A DNA stretch of 31,134 bases. Origin: Promethearchaeota archaeon (GTDB lineage Archaea; Asgardarchaeota; Lokiarchaeia; Sigyniarchaeales; SOKP01). Location: contig JBHLNZ010000037.1 in NCBI GenBank assembly GCA_048941015.1, forward strand, positions 1 through 31,134, given 5' to 3'. Both the position numbers and the translations under genes were made by a program. Below, piece after piece: positions 1 through 8,365 of the stretch (position 1 is the first letter of the stretch; every line of letters starts with the position of its first letter). Under the pieces are notes generated by a model that saw only the letters and a list, made by a program, of their open reading frames with translations, was not told the origin of the DNA and ran no database searches.

Positions 1-2
1 TT

Positions 3-227
3 ATTTATTTGTTATTTCTATATGGAGGATATTTTGGGATGCATAAGAAAGCAGATTTCTCAGTAGCAAAAATGTTAGAAGAATTTAATTTTTCTTCTAA
101 TAGAGATTCTATTGATTTAGAAGATATTAACCGCAAATTCATGCATAAAGCATTACTCCATGGTTATACACCGAAAGAATATAAGAAATATTTAAATTCA
201 CTCTTATTTAGTAATGATCTTTATTAA
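3..227 (+). CDS. Hypothetical protein, 5'-truncated by the window edge; paralog of 12479..12865 (GGYFG...HKAxLxG family)
   Basis: The frame is open from position 3 (ATT TAT TTG...). IYLLFLYGGYFG...FMHKALLHGYTP aligns by eye with MYNMFSAFGGYFG...LLHKAFLYGIPP of ORF 12479..12865. Confidence 0.75.
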   Translation: MYLLFLYGGYFGMHKKADFSVAKMLEEFNFSSNRDSIDLEDINRKFMHKALLHGYTPKEYKKYLNSLLFSNDLY

Positions 228-266
228 TGTCTCTTTTTTATAAATCAAGAAAATTAAAAAAAAAAT

Positions 267-2135
267 TTATTTCTTTAATTTAGAACTCTTAATCTTCATG
301 AGAGAAATTATAGAGATTAATGCTATAAAGGCAATAAGAATCATTTGATATCCTGGAATAATACCTTCAGGACCCTGTGAAGTTTTCCAGCTTAATAGTT
401 GAAAATTTCCTTTTACTGAGCTTTTATCATATGCATCAATGTTTATAAAAGCATTATCTTCTATCCCTTCTAAATCTTCATGGAAAGCGATATAACCTAT
501 GGGAGAATATACAAAAGCCCATGGAAAATCACGTTCAATTATAAGTTGCTGTATTTTATTATAAAGTGTAATTCGCTCTTCATTATCAATACTACTTATT
601 GCTTGCTCCATTAAGAGTTGAACATCATTATCTTCGCTATAAGGAGTAAAACCACCATATCCACCATTATATTGAACTGAATTAAAGCTATATGTACTAT
701 TACTCAATAAAGCATTGATAAATTGAGAAGGATCGTTATAATCTGCAGCCCATGCGATAAAAAAGAGCTCGAGCATATCTCTAGTAAATCCATCCTTTTC
801 AAATAATTTGTATAAAAAGGTGACCCATGGTTCATCGTGAATCTCAACATTTATTCCTATTTTACTAAGATTATTCATCAAAAGATCCCCTATTTGTTCT
901 CGAAATGTACTTCCTGTATTATATGTATAATTTAATGTTCTGAAATTCGCTGATGTCCAATTAATCTCATGTAAACCTCCTGGAGTCACATCCCAACCTA
1001 TACCATAACCCATGCTTTGCATTATTTCTCTTGCTTTTGATAAATTATATATGGGAACATCAAAAGAATAATTACTAAAAAGCATACTTTTTGGGATTGG
1101 AGATTTTAATCTTTCAGCATGCCCTCCCCTAATATTATCAATTATATGAGAATAATCTATTGCATAGCATATAGCTTCTCTAAATGATTGGTCTATAAGA
1201 TGATTATTCATTCCCAAATAATGGAGTACCCACCCTCCTCTTTTCGATTCTATTAGTTGGAGATACTCCGCATTAGTAATATTCTCAAAATACAAAGGTG
1301 AAGGATTTATAAGCATATCGATTTCTTCATTAATCAGTGCTTGAGTTAGAGAGAGAGAATTTGAAATAATTTTGAGGGTTAAGTTCTGAATTTTTGAAGT
1401 AGTACGCCAATAGTTATCAAATGAATGAAAAGTTACATTAACATCATAATTATATTCATCATATACAAAAGGCCCACTACCAATTAAGTCTCCTGAAATT
1501 ACATCAATAAAGCTTGTAGCGGGTGTAGAAGCCGGTGATAATATATAGGATCCACTAAAGCAAAGTAAAGCTTCAAACCCACCAAATGGTCTGTTTAAAA
1601 CAAATCTAATGGTAAAAAGATCCAAAACTTCAGTTCTGTTAATAAAAGGTGTACCGTCGAGCCAACGATAAGCTGCATCGATAGTTGTAGGATTCCCTGG
1701 TCCAGGTAGAGTTCCGGACACATTCATAAAATAAGCTAATCTTTCAAAATTCCATTTTACAGCTGTTGCATTAAAAGGATTCCCGTCATGAAAGAGAATA
1801 TTTTCTCGAAGGGATAGGGTATAATTGAGTCCATTGTTAGTCCAAACACCAAAATCAAGAGCTAAACGAGGAATTATCTCCTTATCAGGCTTTGAATAGT
1901 CATAAGTGAAAAGTCCTTCGCAAACTTGTTCTATCACATTAAATGAACCCATATCCCACGCATCATGAGGATCTATAGCAACTGGTCCATAATGTACTCC
2001 AATCGTTAGTGAATCTTTTAAAGTTTCGCTGGTTTCATTACCTTTAACAAATGAATAGCAAGATATTGTGCTTTGTATACATAACAAAAGAATAAAGATC
2101 AATAAAACTCTATTATTAAATTTTTTTTTGATCAT
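267..2135 (-). CDS. ABC transporter substrate-binding protein, family 5 (OppA/DppA-like), with Loki-CTERM-like anchor
   Basis: N-terminal signal peptide; motifs DPH, EGLF, LRENILFHDGNPFNATAVKWNFER, GSGPF, WAADYNDP; C-terminal IPGY + TM + Lys-rich tail. No permease or ATPase adjacent. Confidence 0.93.
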   Translation of the reverse strand: MIKKKFNNRVLLIFILLLCIQSTISCYSFVKGNETSETLKDSLTIGVHYGPVAIDPHDAWDMGSFNVIEQVCEGLFTYDYSKPDKEIIPRLALDFGVWTNNGLNYTLSLRENILFHDGNPFNATAVKWNFERLAYFMNVSGTLPGPGNPTTIDAAYRWLDGTPFINRTEVLDLFTIRFVLNRPFGGFEALLCFSGSYILSPASTPATSFIDVISGDLIGSGPFVYDEYNYDVNVTFHSFDNYWRTTSKIQNLTLKIISNSLSLTQALINEEIDMLINPSPLYFENITNAEYLQLIESKRGGWVLHYLGMNNHLIDQSFREAICYAIDYSHIIDNIRGGHAERLKSPIPKSMLFSNYSFDVPIYNLSKAREIMQSMGYGIGWDVTPGGLHEINWTSANFRTLNYTYNTGSTFREQIGDLLMNNLSKIGINVEIHDEPWVTFLYKLFEKDGFTRDMLELFFIAWAADYNDPSQFINALLSNSTYSFNSVQYNGGYGGFTPYSEDNDVQLLMEQAISSIDNEERITLYNKIQQLIIERDFPWAFVYSPIGYIAFHEDLEGIEDNAFINIDAYDKSSVKGNFQLLSWKTSQGPEGIIPGYQMILIAFIALISIISLMKIKSSKLKK

Positions 2136-2251
2136 TTTTTATTTGATTTTTTGTCAATTGAAATTAAGACTAATTTAAATAGAATTATATTTATATCTTT
2201 TCTTCGATTAAATAAGATTTCTTACCGTTTATTCTTTTAACAGTTAGCTTG

Positions 2252-2267
2252 ATTTTTTCTTTAAATA
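2252..2267 (+). promoter_or_regulatory. T-rich-BRE/TATA element ATTTTTTCTTTAAATA upstream of the radA paralog
   Basis: Identical 16-mer at 10009..10024. It lies in a divergent intergenic region, 72 nt before the ATG. Confidence 0.55.
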
Positions 2268-2339
2268 TTACTATAAAATCAGAAGATCAATCTTAATTAT
2301 AATTAAAAGAGATGATAAGAAAAAATTTCAGATTTAGAT

Positions 2340-3551
2340 ATGGTAAAAAATATCAATGCCCGACAAATCAAACTTCTTCAGGAAAACGGAATTAGTACCG
2401 CGGAAGCATTAGCAATGTCTCCTGCAGCGATGGTTGCTGAAATCGATGGGTTAGGGGATAAAACTGCTAGGAAATTAATATGGAATGCTCGAAACGCCTT
2501 AGGAATGACTGAATTTATGGCAGTAAAAGATATAGACGAAAATACAGAATATATTACCACTGGCTCGGAGGAATTAAATCGAATCTTAGGAGGAGGAATA
2601 GCGACCGGTAAAATCACTGAAATTTTTGGTCCATTTAAATCAGGAAAAACGAATCTTGCACAAACTATAGCGGTAACATCTCAATTACCTAAAAGTAAGG
2701 GAGGTCTTGGCGCTTCAGTTGCCTATATCGACACTGAAAATACTTTTTCCAAAGATAAGATAAAGCGCATTGCAAAAAGATTTGGAATTGATGAGAAGAA
2801 AGCACTGTCTCAAATTTATCATGCTAGAATTTACTCTTCTGACCACCAATCCCAAATGATTGCCAAGGCAGAAGGTTTATGTAAAACTAGAGGAATAAGA
2901 TTAATAATTGTAGATAGTTTAATGGCTTTGATGAGAGCGGAATATGTAGGAATTGGTATGTTAGCCCGACGTCAAAGTGTGCTTAATAACATGATTCATG
3001 CTCTATCTCGAATAGCAGAAACTTATAATTGTGCAGTTTTGGTTACCAACCAAGTTGCTACTAAAATGGTCGGAATGTTTTCTGCGGATGATGCAATCGG
3101 AGGAAATATTGTTGCTCACGGTTGTCATTTTAGAGTTATGTTTAAGACTAAGGGTTTCTCATCTAATAATTCTTTAAAAAGGAGAGCTATAATTGTCGAT
3201 GCTCCTGATCTTCCGCCAAATGAATGTGAATTCTTCATTACAGCATCGGGAATTGCTGATACTGAACAATCAGAAATGCCAAAAAACGATGAAATCGATT
3301 TTAAAGTAGAGTCCTTATTTGAAGATTCTAATGCTGATTCTAAACCTAAAGAAACTTCTGAAGAAGTAGAAATAACGCAAGTGAAAGGAATTGGGAAAGG
3401 TATCGCAGATAATCTGAAGGAACATGGAATAAATTCTATTGAAGATTTGATTGATTCAAATGCTGAAGAATTAGCAACTAAAATAAGTGGAGTATCAACA
3501 AAAAAGATCATAGAATGGCAAGAACACGCAAAAGGGCTAATAACTAATTAA
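2340..3551 (+). CDS. radA: RadA/Rad51-family recombinase paralog with N-terminal HhH domain and an extra C-terminal HhH domain
   Basis: TTGSEELNRILGGG; Walker A GPFKSGKT; YIDTENTF; Walker B LIIVDS; RAEYVG..LARRQ; VTNQV; IGGNIVAH. The C-terminal VKGIGKGIADNLKEHGINSIEDL follows an acidic linker. Confidence 0.92.
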   Translation: MVKNINARQIKLLQENGISTAEALAMSPAAMVAEIDGLGDKTARKLIWNARNALGMTEFMAVKDIDENTEYITTGSEELNRILGGGIATGKITEIFGPFKSGKTNLAQTIAVTSQLPKSKGGLGASVAYIDTENTFSKDKIKRIAKRFGIDEKKALSQIYHARIYSSDHQSQMIAKAEGLCKTRGIRLIIVDSLMALMRAEYVGIGMLARRQSVLNNMIHALSRIAETYNCAVLVTNQVATKMVGMFSADDAIGGNIVAHGCHFRVMFKTKGFSSNNSLKRRAIIVDAPDLPPNECEFFITASGIADTEQSEMPKNDEIDFKVESLFEDSNADSKPKETSEEVEITQVKGIGKGIADNLKEHGINSIEDLIDSNAEELATKISGVSTKKIIEWQEHAKGLITN

Positions 3552-3640
3552 TTTTTTTTTCCTATTTTTCAACAGATTTTTTTAAATTTAAAGAAAGACT
3601 TTCTATAGGATTTTAAGGTAAAATTTAAGAAAAACAATCA

Positions 3641-4729
3641 TTATAACGTTGGGGGAGGTATAAAAACTCTTCTCATCTCTGTTTTTTTCAAACTGATAGC
3701 ACTTTCGGGGCATAAATGAGCACAAACACCACAGCCGATACATCGTTCATTATCAACAGCTGCAACAGTGTCTATGAGATCAACAGCTTCAGCGGCACAA
3801 TGCTGTACACACGTTCCACATCCAGTGCACAATTCTTCATCAACATGAGCTAAGTGTGAAGTTAAATCCATTAAAGGTATTCCACCGGTATAATGAAGGG
3901 TAAAAACGCCACAACAGCATTTGCAGCAATTACAAATACCATCAATATCTCTCTCTATATCTAAATTGGCGTGAAAAACCTTATGAACCAAGCCTTCATC
4001 TTCAGCTTTTTTCATTATTTGTTTAGCTTCATCCTTTGAAATTTTTTCTACAAAACCGTGGGATATAAGAAATTCGGCTGTTCTTCCCAAGGCAATACAA
4101 TTTCTCCTTTCATTTGTTGTTTCACATGGTTCATCAAGAAGATCTTTTTTGTGTCTGCAATAACAAACAGCCACTCCAATAGGATCGTACTTTTCAATGA
4201 TTTTTGAGACCTCTTCCAAGGGTAGAACAATCTCTTCCTTTAATTTAACTTCTTCTTCAACAGGAATGACCCTATCAATTGATGGGGCATCCTTCCATTC
4301 TTGAACCATTTGGTTATAATTTGTTTGAGTATCTTGAACAATCTGGTTATATAATTTCACAAATAAACTTGCTAAGTTTTTTGTTTCTTCGTTTGTCTCA
4401 CCACGCATTAAAGTAAATTCAATGATTCCTGGAACTAAGGGTGTTTTTCTGTAAACCATAACACCAGTACTTTTGCTGGGTATGCCAGAAATAACACCAA
4501 TATTCATTAGATCATTTAACATCTTATTAAGCTCTTCTTCATCCATATCAGTTAAAGGTTTAATTTGATCAAGATTATATGAATGTTTTTTGAGTAAAGT
4601 GATAAATTTAGCTTGTTCTTCAGTTAGTAAAGTTTGCATTATTTCAATTACTATTTCACTTGCTCGTATTGGTAACCTTCCCGCTTTTATAAAATTTCTA
4701 GCCACCTTATACCATAATTTTTCTGACAT
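3641..4729 (-). CDS. 4Fe-4S dicluster-binding protein with N-terminal wHTH-like region
   Basis: CYCRH, CNCCKCCC and two ferredoxin motifs, CTGCGTCVQHC and CIGCGVCAHLCP. Confidence 0.9.
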   Translation of the reverse strand: MSEKLWYKVARNFIKAGRLPIRASEIVIEIMQTLLTEEQAKFITLLKKHSYNLDQIKPLTDMDEEELNKMLNDLMNIGVISGIPSKSTGVMVYRKTPLVPGIIEFTLMRGETNEETKNLASLFVKLYNQIVQDTQTNYNQMVQEWKDAPSIDRVIPVEEEVKLKEEIVLPLEEVSKIIEKYDPIGVAVCYCRHKKDLLDEPCETTNERRNCIALGRTAEFLISHGFVEKISKDEAKQIMKKAEDEGLVHKVFHANLDIERDIDGICNCCKCCCGVFTLHYTGGIPLMDLTSHLAHVDEELCTGCGTCVQHCAAEAVDLIDTVAAVDNERCIGCGVCAHLCPESAISLKKTEMRRVFIPPPTL

Positions 4730-4862
4730 TTTTAATCAATTTTCAAATTTGGATATTTAATATTTTATTTGATATATGATATTTACTTTAATAGAATAAA
4801 AATATTTTAAAATTCTTTTTTTGCTAATTAAAAAAGAACAAAAAAATTTTATTTAATATCAA

Positions 4863-5831
4863 TCATACATTTTTCCGTTTCCTTGTCATTGTAAGCAGTA
4901 TCAAGGTTCCAATGAAAACACCAGCAATAATGACCATGCCTGTCATCATTTCCGAGGGAAGTGAAAAGAATTGGGTAAAATTCGTATCGTTATCCGAAGG
5001 AGAGCCGCTATTATTTGTTGGATCGGAAATTCGATAATCCCAGCAAATAGCATATCCAATGTTAACTGCATCAATATTGCAAGAAATTGTGATGTTTAAA
5101 ACATATACTCCTGACTTAGCAGTACCGAAATTAAAAAAAATTAATTCATTAATTGTAGGCAAAGTCGTATTAAAGTAAATTTTAAATTGGATATCATTAG
5201 GTTCATAGATAAAGTAATCTAAACTTACTTCGCTGTCATCTAAAACTGAGATGGAAGAGACTCTTCCAATGTAGCAGCGATATGATACATCGGTATCGAA
5301 ATTAATATAATAAGAGAATGATGTTTCATCAGAAAAACGAGCGATACGATAAAATACTTCTCTATTAAAGAGCTGAGAAGGAATTTTATCTGTAAGACAT
5401 TGCTCTCCTTTCTCTAATCGGATATAGATATTAAGATTATTTATGCTTATAACGTTAAATCTAATTGCATAGATACCTTGTAATGCAGTTCCAAAAGGAA
5501 TTTCATGCCAATCACCTTGAGTGAGAACCGCATGAAAGATGTTGTATCTCATCGTATCAGGATCCCATAAGCTAATATTCAAAGTGCAATTGTGGGGAGA
5601 TACCACTTCTATCCAAAAGTAATAAGTAAAATCTTTTTCCATAAATATTTCGGGAAAAACTAACTCATCTTCGGGACTCAAGAAGGTATATACTTTATCA
5701 ATTAGCGTGGGATTGTCAAACTCAAATAGAGAACCGTTGATAGTTGGTAATTTATAAAATGAGATCAACAGAGTCCCGAACAGAAGAACTATGATAAGAC
5801 TTATTATTGACTTCTTTATTTTAATAACCAT
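4863..5831 (-). CDS. Type I membrane surface protein with two tandem beta-sandwich (GOLD/PPC-like) repeats
   Basis: N-terminal hydrophobic signal; repeated DP/EP...FGTAxxGxY motif; S/D/N-rich linker; C-terminal TM + RKRKNV. Overlaps the upstream Zn-ribbon gene by 11 nt. Confidence 0.7.
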   Translation of the reverse strand: MVIKIKKSIISLIIVLLFGTLLISFYKLPTINGSLFEFDNPTLIDKVYTFLSPEDELVFPEIFMEKDFTYYFWIEVVSPHNCTLNISLWDPDTMRYNIFHAVLTQGDWHEIPFGTALQGIYAIRFNVISINNLNIYIRLEKGEQCLTDKIPSQLFNREVFYRIARFSDETSFSYYINFDTDVSYRCYIGRVSSISVLDDSEVSLDYFIYEPNDIQFKIYFNTTLPTINELIFFNFGTAKSGVYVLNITISCNIDAVNIGYAICWDYRISDPTNNSGSPSDNDTNFTQFFSLPSEMMTGMVIIAGVFIGTLILLTMTRKRKNV

Positions 5832-6138
5832 ACACCTTCATATTCTTAAACTCATTGGTAAGTTCCTGTACTAATTCGCATTTATCATATGCAATACAAC
5901 TAAAGCAAGGTTGATCTGACCAGAAATATGGTTTCTGGTGAGGTTTTTCTATAATAAGTAAAGGGAAGGATGTCTTAGGGCATGTAAGTGCTGAATTTAT
6001 GATTTTTCCCCTTTTAGGAAGTGGATATGATGTTTCACAAACATCACATTTTACAAATCTCTTGTAATTATTTGTTTTGTACACAATAAGCGAACATTCA
6101 CAATTGGGACAGATCCCAATCTCATCTATTTGTTTCAT
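5821..6138 (-). CDS. Stand-alone topoisomerase IA C-terminal-type Zn-ribbon protein
   Basis: GICPNCECSLIVYKTNNYKRFVKCDVCETSYPLPKRGKI...CP...PCFSC matches the pattern of archaeal TopA C-terminal Zn ribbons (CPxC...KRFVGC...YPLPxxGKI). Confidence 0.7.
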   Translation of the reverse strand: MKQIDEIGICPNCECSLIVYKTNNYKRFVKCDVCETSYPLPKRGKIINSALTCPKTSFPLLIIEKPHQKPYFWSDQPCFSCIAYDKCELVQELTNEFKNMKVYGY

Positions 6139-6187
6139 TTATCAGGACGCCTAATACTATAATTTTATAGTAAGTTTCTCTTGATCA

Positions 6188-6203
6188 TTTATAAAAAAAA
6201 AAA
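6188..6203 (-). promoter_or_regulatory. T-rich-BRE/TATA element (TTTTTTTTTTTATAAA) for the Zn-ribbon/surface-protein operon
   Basis: Reverse complement of tttataaaaaaaaaaa; 49 nt before the ATG at 6138; divergent intergenic region. Confidence 0.5.
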
Positions 6204-6307
6204 TAAAATTCTCTTGCATTTATTGAAAAATTAATAAATGGGGTATGGGTTTCAATTTAATAGACCTTAAATTTTATAGATCAAGACTCCTATAAACTAT
6301 AATTTTT

Positions 6308-6346
6308 AAGAGAGGAGAGAAGAGTTAACTTCTAACCTCTCTTTTT
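6308..6346 (+). other. Imperfect inverted repeat (hairpin) followed by a T-run in a divergent intergenic region
   Basis: AAGAGAGG(6308-6315)/CCTCTCTT(6336-6343) and AGAAG(6318-6322)/CTTCT(6329-6333), 6-nt loop, then TTT. Confidence 0.6.
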
Positions 6347-6360
6347 GATTAATCTAGTTA

Positions 6361-6376
6361 ATTTTTTGTTTATAAA
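6361..6376 (+). promoter_or_regulatory. T-rich-BRE/TATA element ATTTTTTGTTTATAAA (leaderless-type spacing)
   Basis: 24 nt before ATG 6401. Confidence 0.6.
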
Positions 6377-6400
6377 TATCTATTTTATTCTAAATCCATT

Positions 6401-6625
6401 ATGGCAATTTTTAGTTATTTATCCAGTATGGTGAGTGCTGTCGAATTTCTTATAGCTTTAGGATCAGTTATTGGATTATTAGGTTTGCTTGTGGGATTAA
6501 TATTTCTCATCTGGGGTTCTCCAAGAATGCGTGGTAAAATGGTTGGAGTGATTATTATTTCGATTATATTATTAGCATTATGTGGAGTTAATACAGGGAT
6601 GAAATATTTTAGAGTTTATAGATAA
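6401..6625 (+). CDS. Small two-TM membrane protein, possibly VirB2/TrbC/CedA1-type pilin-like
   Basis: 74 aa; two hydrophobic helices separated by a short basic loop (GSPRMRGK). The pilin call rests on architecture only. Confidence 0.55.
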   Translation: MAIFSYLSSMVSAVEFLIALGSVIGLLGLLVGLIFLIWGSPRMRGKMVGVIIISIILLALCGVNTGMKYFRVYR

Positions 6626-6726
6626 ACAATATTTTTAGTAAAACATGCGCCATAAAACAAATTTTAACTGTTAATAAGATTATTAGAACTATTTTAAATC
6701 AAGATTTCTTTTATTTTAGTACTTGT

Positions 6727-7092
6727 TTAAATATATCCTTTTGAAGGCTTATTCCCTCCAAGGATCATTCCCATAAAATCATAAGTTATATCAGTAAGAA
6801 AACATCCAATCCATAGCAAAAGTACTCCAAAAAAAATTGCACCAATTGAAATTTTTTTTGAGATTAATACTTTGATTATTGCGTAAGCGATTAAAAGTGG
6901 ACCAAAAGTAAGACAGATTGTCCCAATATAATTAAACACTAACTTGAGCACAATATTTGTCTGATAACGCAAATTTGCTCCAAAGAACGGTACATAAATA
7001 GCTATAAATAGCAAAATTCCAGTAAAAATCCACATAACTTTACTATGACTCCTTTCTTTTCCGATTACTATAACATTTTCATTTTTTGCCAT
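6727..7092 (-). CDS. Three-TM hypothetical membrane protein
   Basis: 121 aa with three hydrophobic segments. Confidence 0.75.
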   Translation of the reverse strand: MAKNENVIVIGKERSHSKVMWIFTGILLFIAIYVPFFGANLRYQTNIVLKLVFNYIGTICLTFGPLLIAYAIIKVLISKKISIGAIFFGVLLLWIGCFLTDITYDFMGMILGGNKPSKGYI

Positions 7093-7135
7093 AATTAATT
7101 ACTTTTTTCAATTTAGTATGTTAAATTTCCGTCTC

Positions 7136-7171
7136 TTTATAAAAAAAAAATACTCATTTTTTCTTTAAAAA
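7136..7171. promoter_or_regulatory. Back-to-back pair of T-rich-BRE/TATA elements (7136..7151 on minus; 7156..7171 on plus)
   Basis: Minus: ATTTTTTTTTTATAAA, 43 nt before ATG 7092. Plus: ATTTTTTCTTTAAAAA, 21 nt before ATG 7193 and identical to 12442..12457. Confidence 0.65.
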
Positions 7172-7192
7172 TTTATATCCTTCACAAGAGTT

Positions 7193-8284
7193 ATGGGAGT
7201 TAAACTTCAAAACATTATAATTAGAAAAAAAATCGAATTTTCAGATTTAAGGGGGAAAATTATTACTGTTGATGCTCCAAACATCATAATGGGTTTATTT
7301 AACTTCGCACGAAGAGACATTGGACAGAATAGTAAAGGTTTAATTTTAGATAAAACACAACGTCCAATTTCTCATCTCTACGGGTTATTTTATAGAATAA
7401 ACTTTTATTATTCGAAGATGATAATTCCTATTTTTGTGTTTGATGGTGTTGATTCTGAGTTAAAAAAACTCAAAACGAAAGACAGGCTTCACGATTTTCT
7501 TTTTACTCAGATTTGGTATCAAGAGGCTATAAGATCAGGGAATAATCAATTAGCACGAAGTATTGCTTTAAGTAAAGAATATATGTGGAGAAATATTATT
7601 TCCGAATCAAAAGCACTTCTTGGGGCATTAGGTGTACCATATATTGAATCTCCCGCTTCAGCAGAATCCCAATGCGCCTATTTAGTAAGAGATAAAATAG
7701 CTAATTATTCTAATTCCCAGGATTTTGACTCGCTACTTTTTGGTTGCCCTAGATTGCTCCAAAATCTTTCTAAATCATTAAAAAGAAAAATAAAAGGACG
7801 TTGGACCTATTATAAAATCGATCCTTTAACAATAAATCTTAAAAAAAACTTAGAACTGCTTAATATTAATCAGTTTCAGTTAGTTGATATAGCTATACTA
7901 ATAGGAACAGATTATTTTCCAGGAATCAAAGGTATAGGGTCTAAAACTGCCTTAAAACTGATATTAAAACATCATTCCTTAGAAAATATATTGTATCAGG
8001 AGAAAAATAAATACAATTTTGAAGAATTAACTCCTGATCTCATAAAAGAAGTACGAAAAATCTTTCTACTTCCCGAAGTAATCAGAAAATATAGTGAAAT
8101 CTTTTGGAATCATCCAAATGAAGCCTTAGTATACCATTTATTATGTGAAGAACATAATCTTAACCGAGAACGTATTAAGAATAATATGGATAAGTTTATA
8201 AATAATTATGAACGATGCGTACAATATTTTAAATTTAAAAAGGATAAACCAACTCTTTTACAAAAATCATTATTATCGTTTTAA
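7193..8284 (+). CDS. fen: Flap endonuclease-1 (FEN1/XPG family) paralog with C-terminal PIP box
   Basis: MGVKL, VDAPN, PIFVFDG, AESQCA, SQDFDSLLFG, GTDYFPGIKGIGSKTA (H3TH); C-terminal QKSLLSF PCNA-interaction motif. Confidence 0.92.
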   Translation: MGVKLQNIIIRKKIEFSDLRGKIITVDAPNIIMGLFNFARRDIGQNSKGLILDKTQRPISHLYGLFYRINFYYSKMIIPIFVFDGVDSELKKLKTKDRLHDFLFTQIWYQEAIRSGNNQLARSIALSKEYMWRNIISESKALLGALGVPYIESPASAESQCAYLVRDKIANYSNSQDFDSLLFGCPRLLQNLSKSLKRKIKGRWTYYKIDPLTINLKKNLELLNINQFQLVDIAILIGTDYFPGIKGIGSKTALKLILKHHSLENILYQEKNKYNFEELTPDLIKEVRKIFLLPEVIRKYSEIFWNHPNEALVYHLLCEEHNLNRERIKNNMDKFINNYERCVQYFKFKKDKPTLLQKSLLSF

Positions 8285-8295
8285 GTAATTACTAG

Positions 8296-8311
8296 AATTT
8301 TCTTTTAAATA
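8296..8311 (+). promoter_or_regulatory. Degenerate T-rich-BRE/TATA element AATTTTCTTTTAAATA
   Basis: 54 nt before ATG 8366. It could also be the fen terminator T-tract. Confidence 0.35.
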
Positions 8312-8365
8312 TTTCAAGTTTATTCCCAAAACAATTCTTATTTATAATATTAAGATGACAATAAA

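Noticed and set aside
2312-2340. Upstream ATG joining radA via a frameshift in the A6 run
   Set aside because: It would add only about 9 residues and cannot be supported without reads or homologs.
2378-3511. Antisense or overlapping short ORFs (2378..2617, 3125..3511, and similarly 4048, 9106, 9122, 9357, 9406, 10318, 13375, 14705, 15119, 15259, 17268, 17416, 19015, 19276, 24464, 24811, 25623, 26611, 27341, 29137, 30362)
   Set aside because: They are shadows of well-supported genes and show no recognisable motifs.
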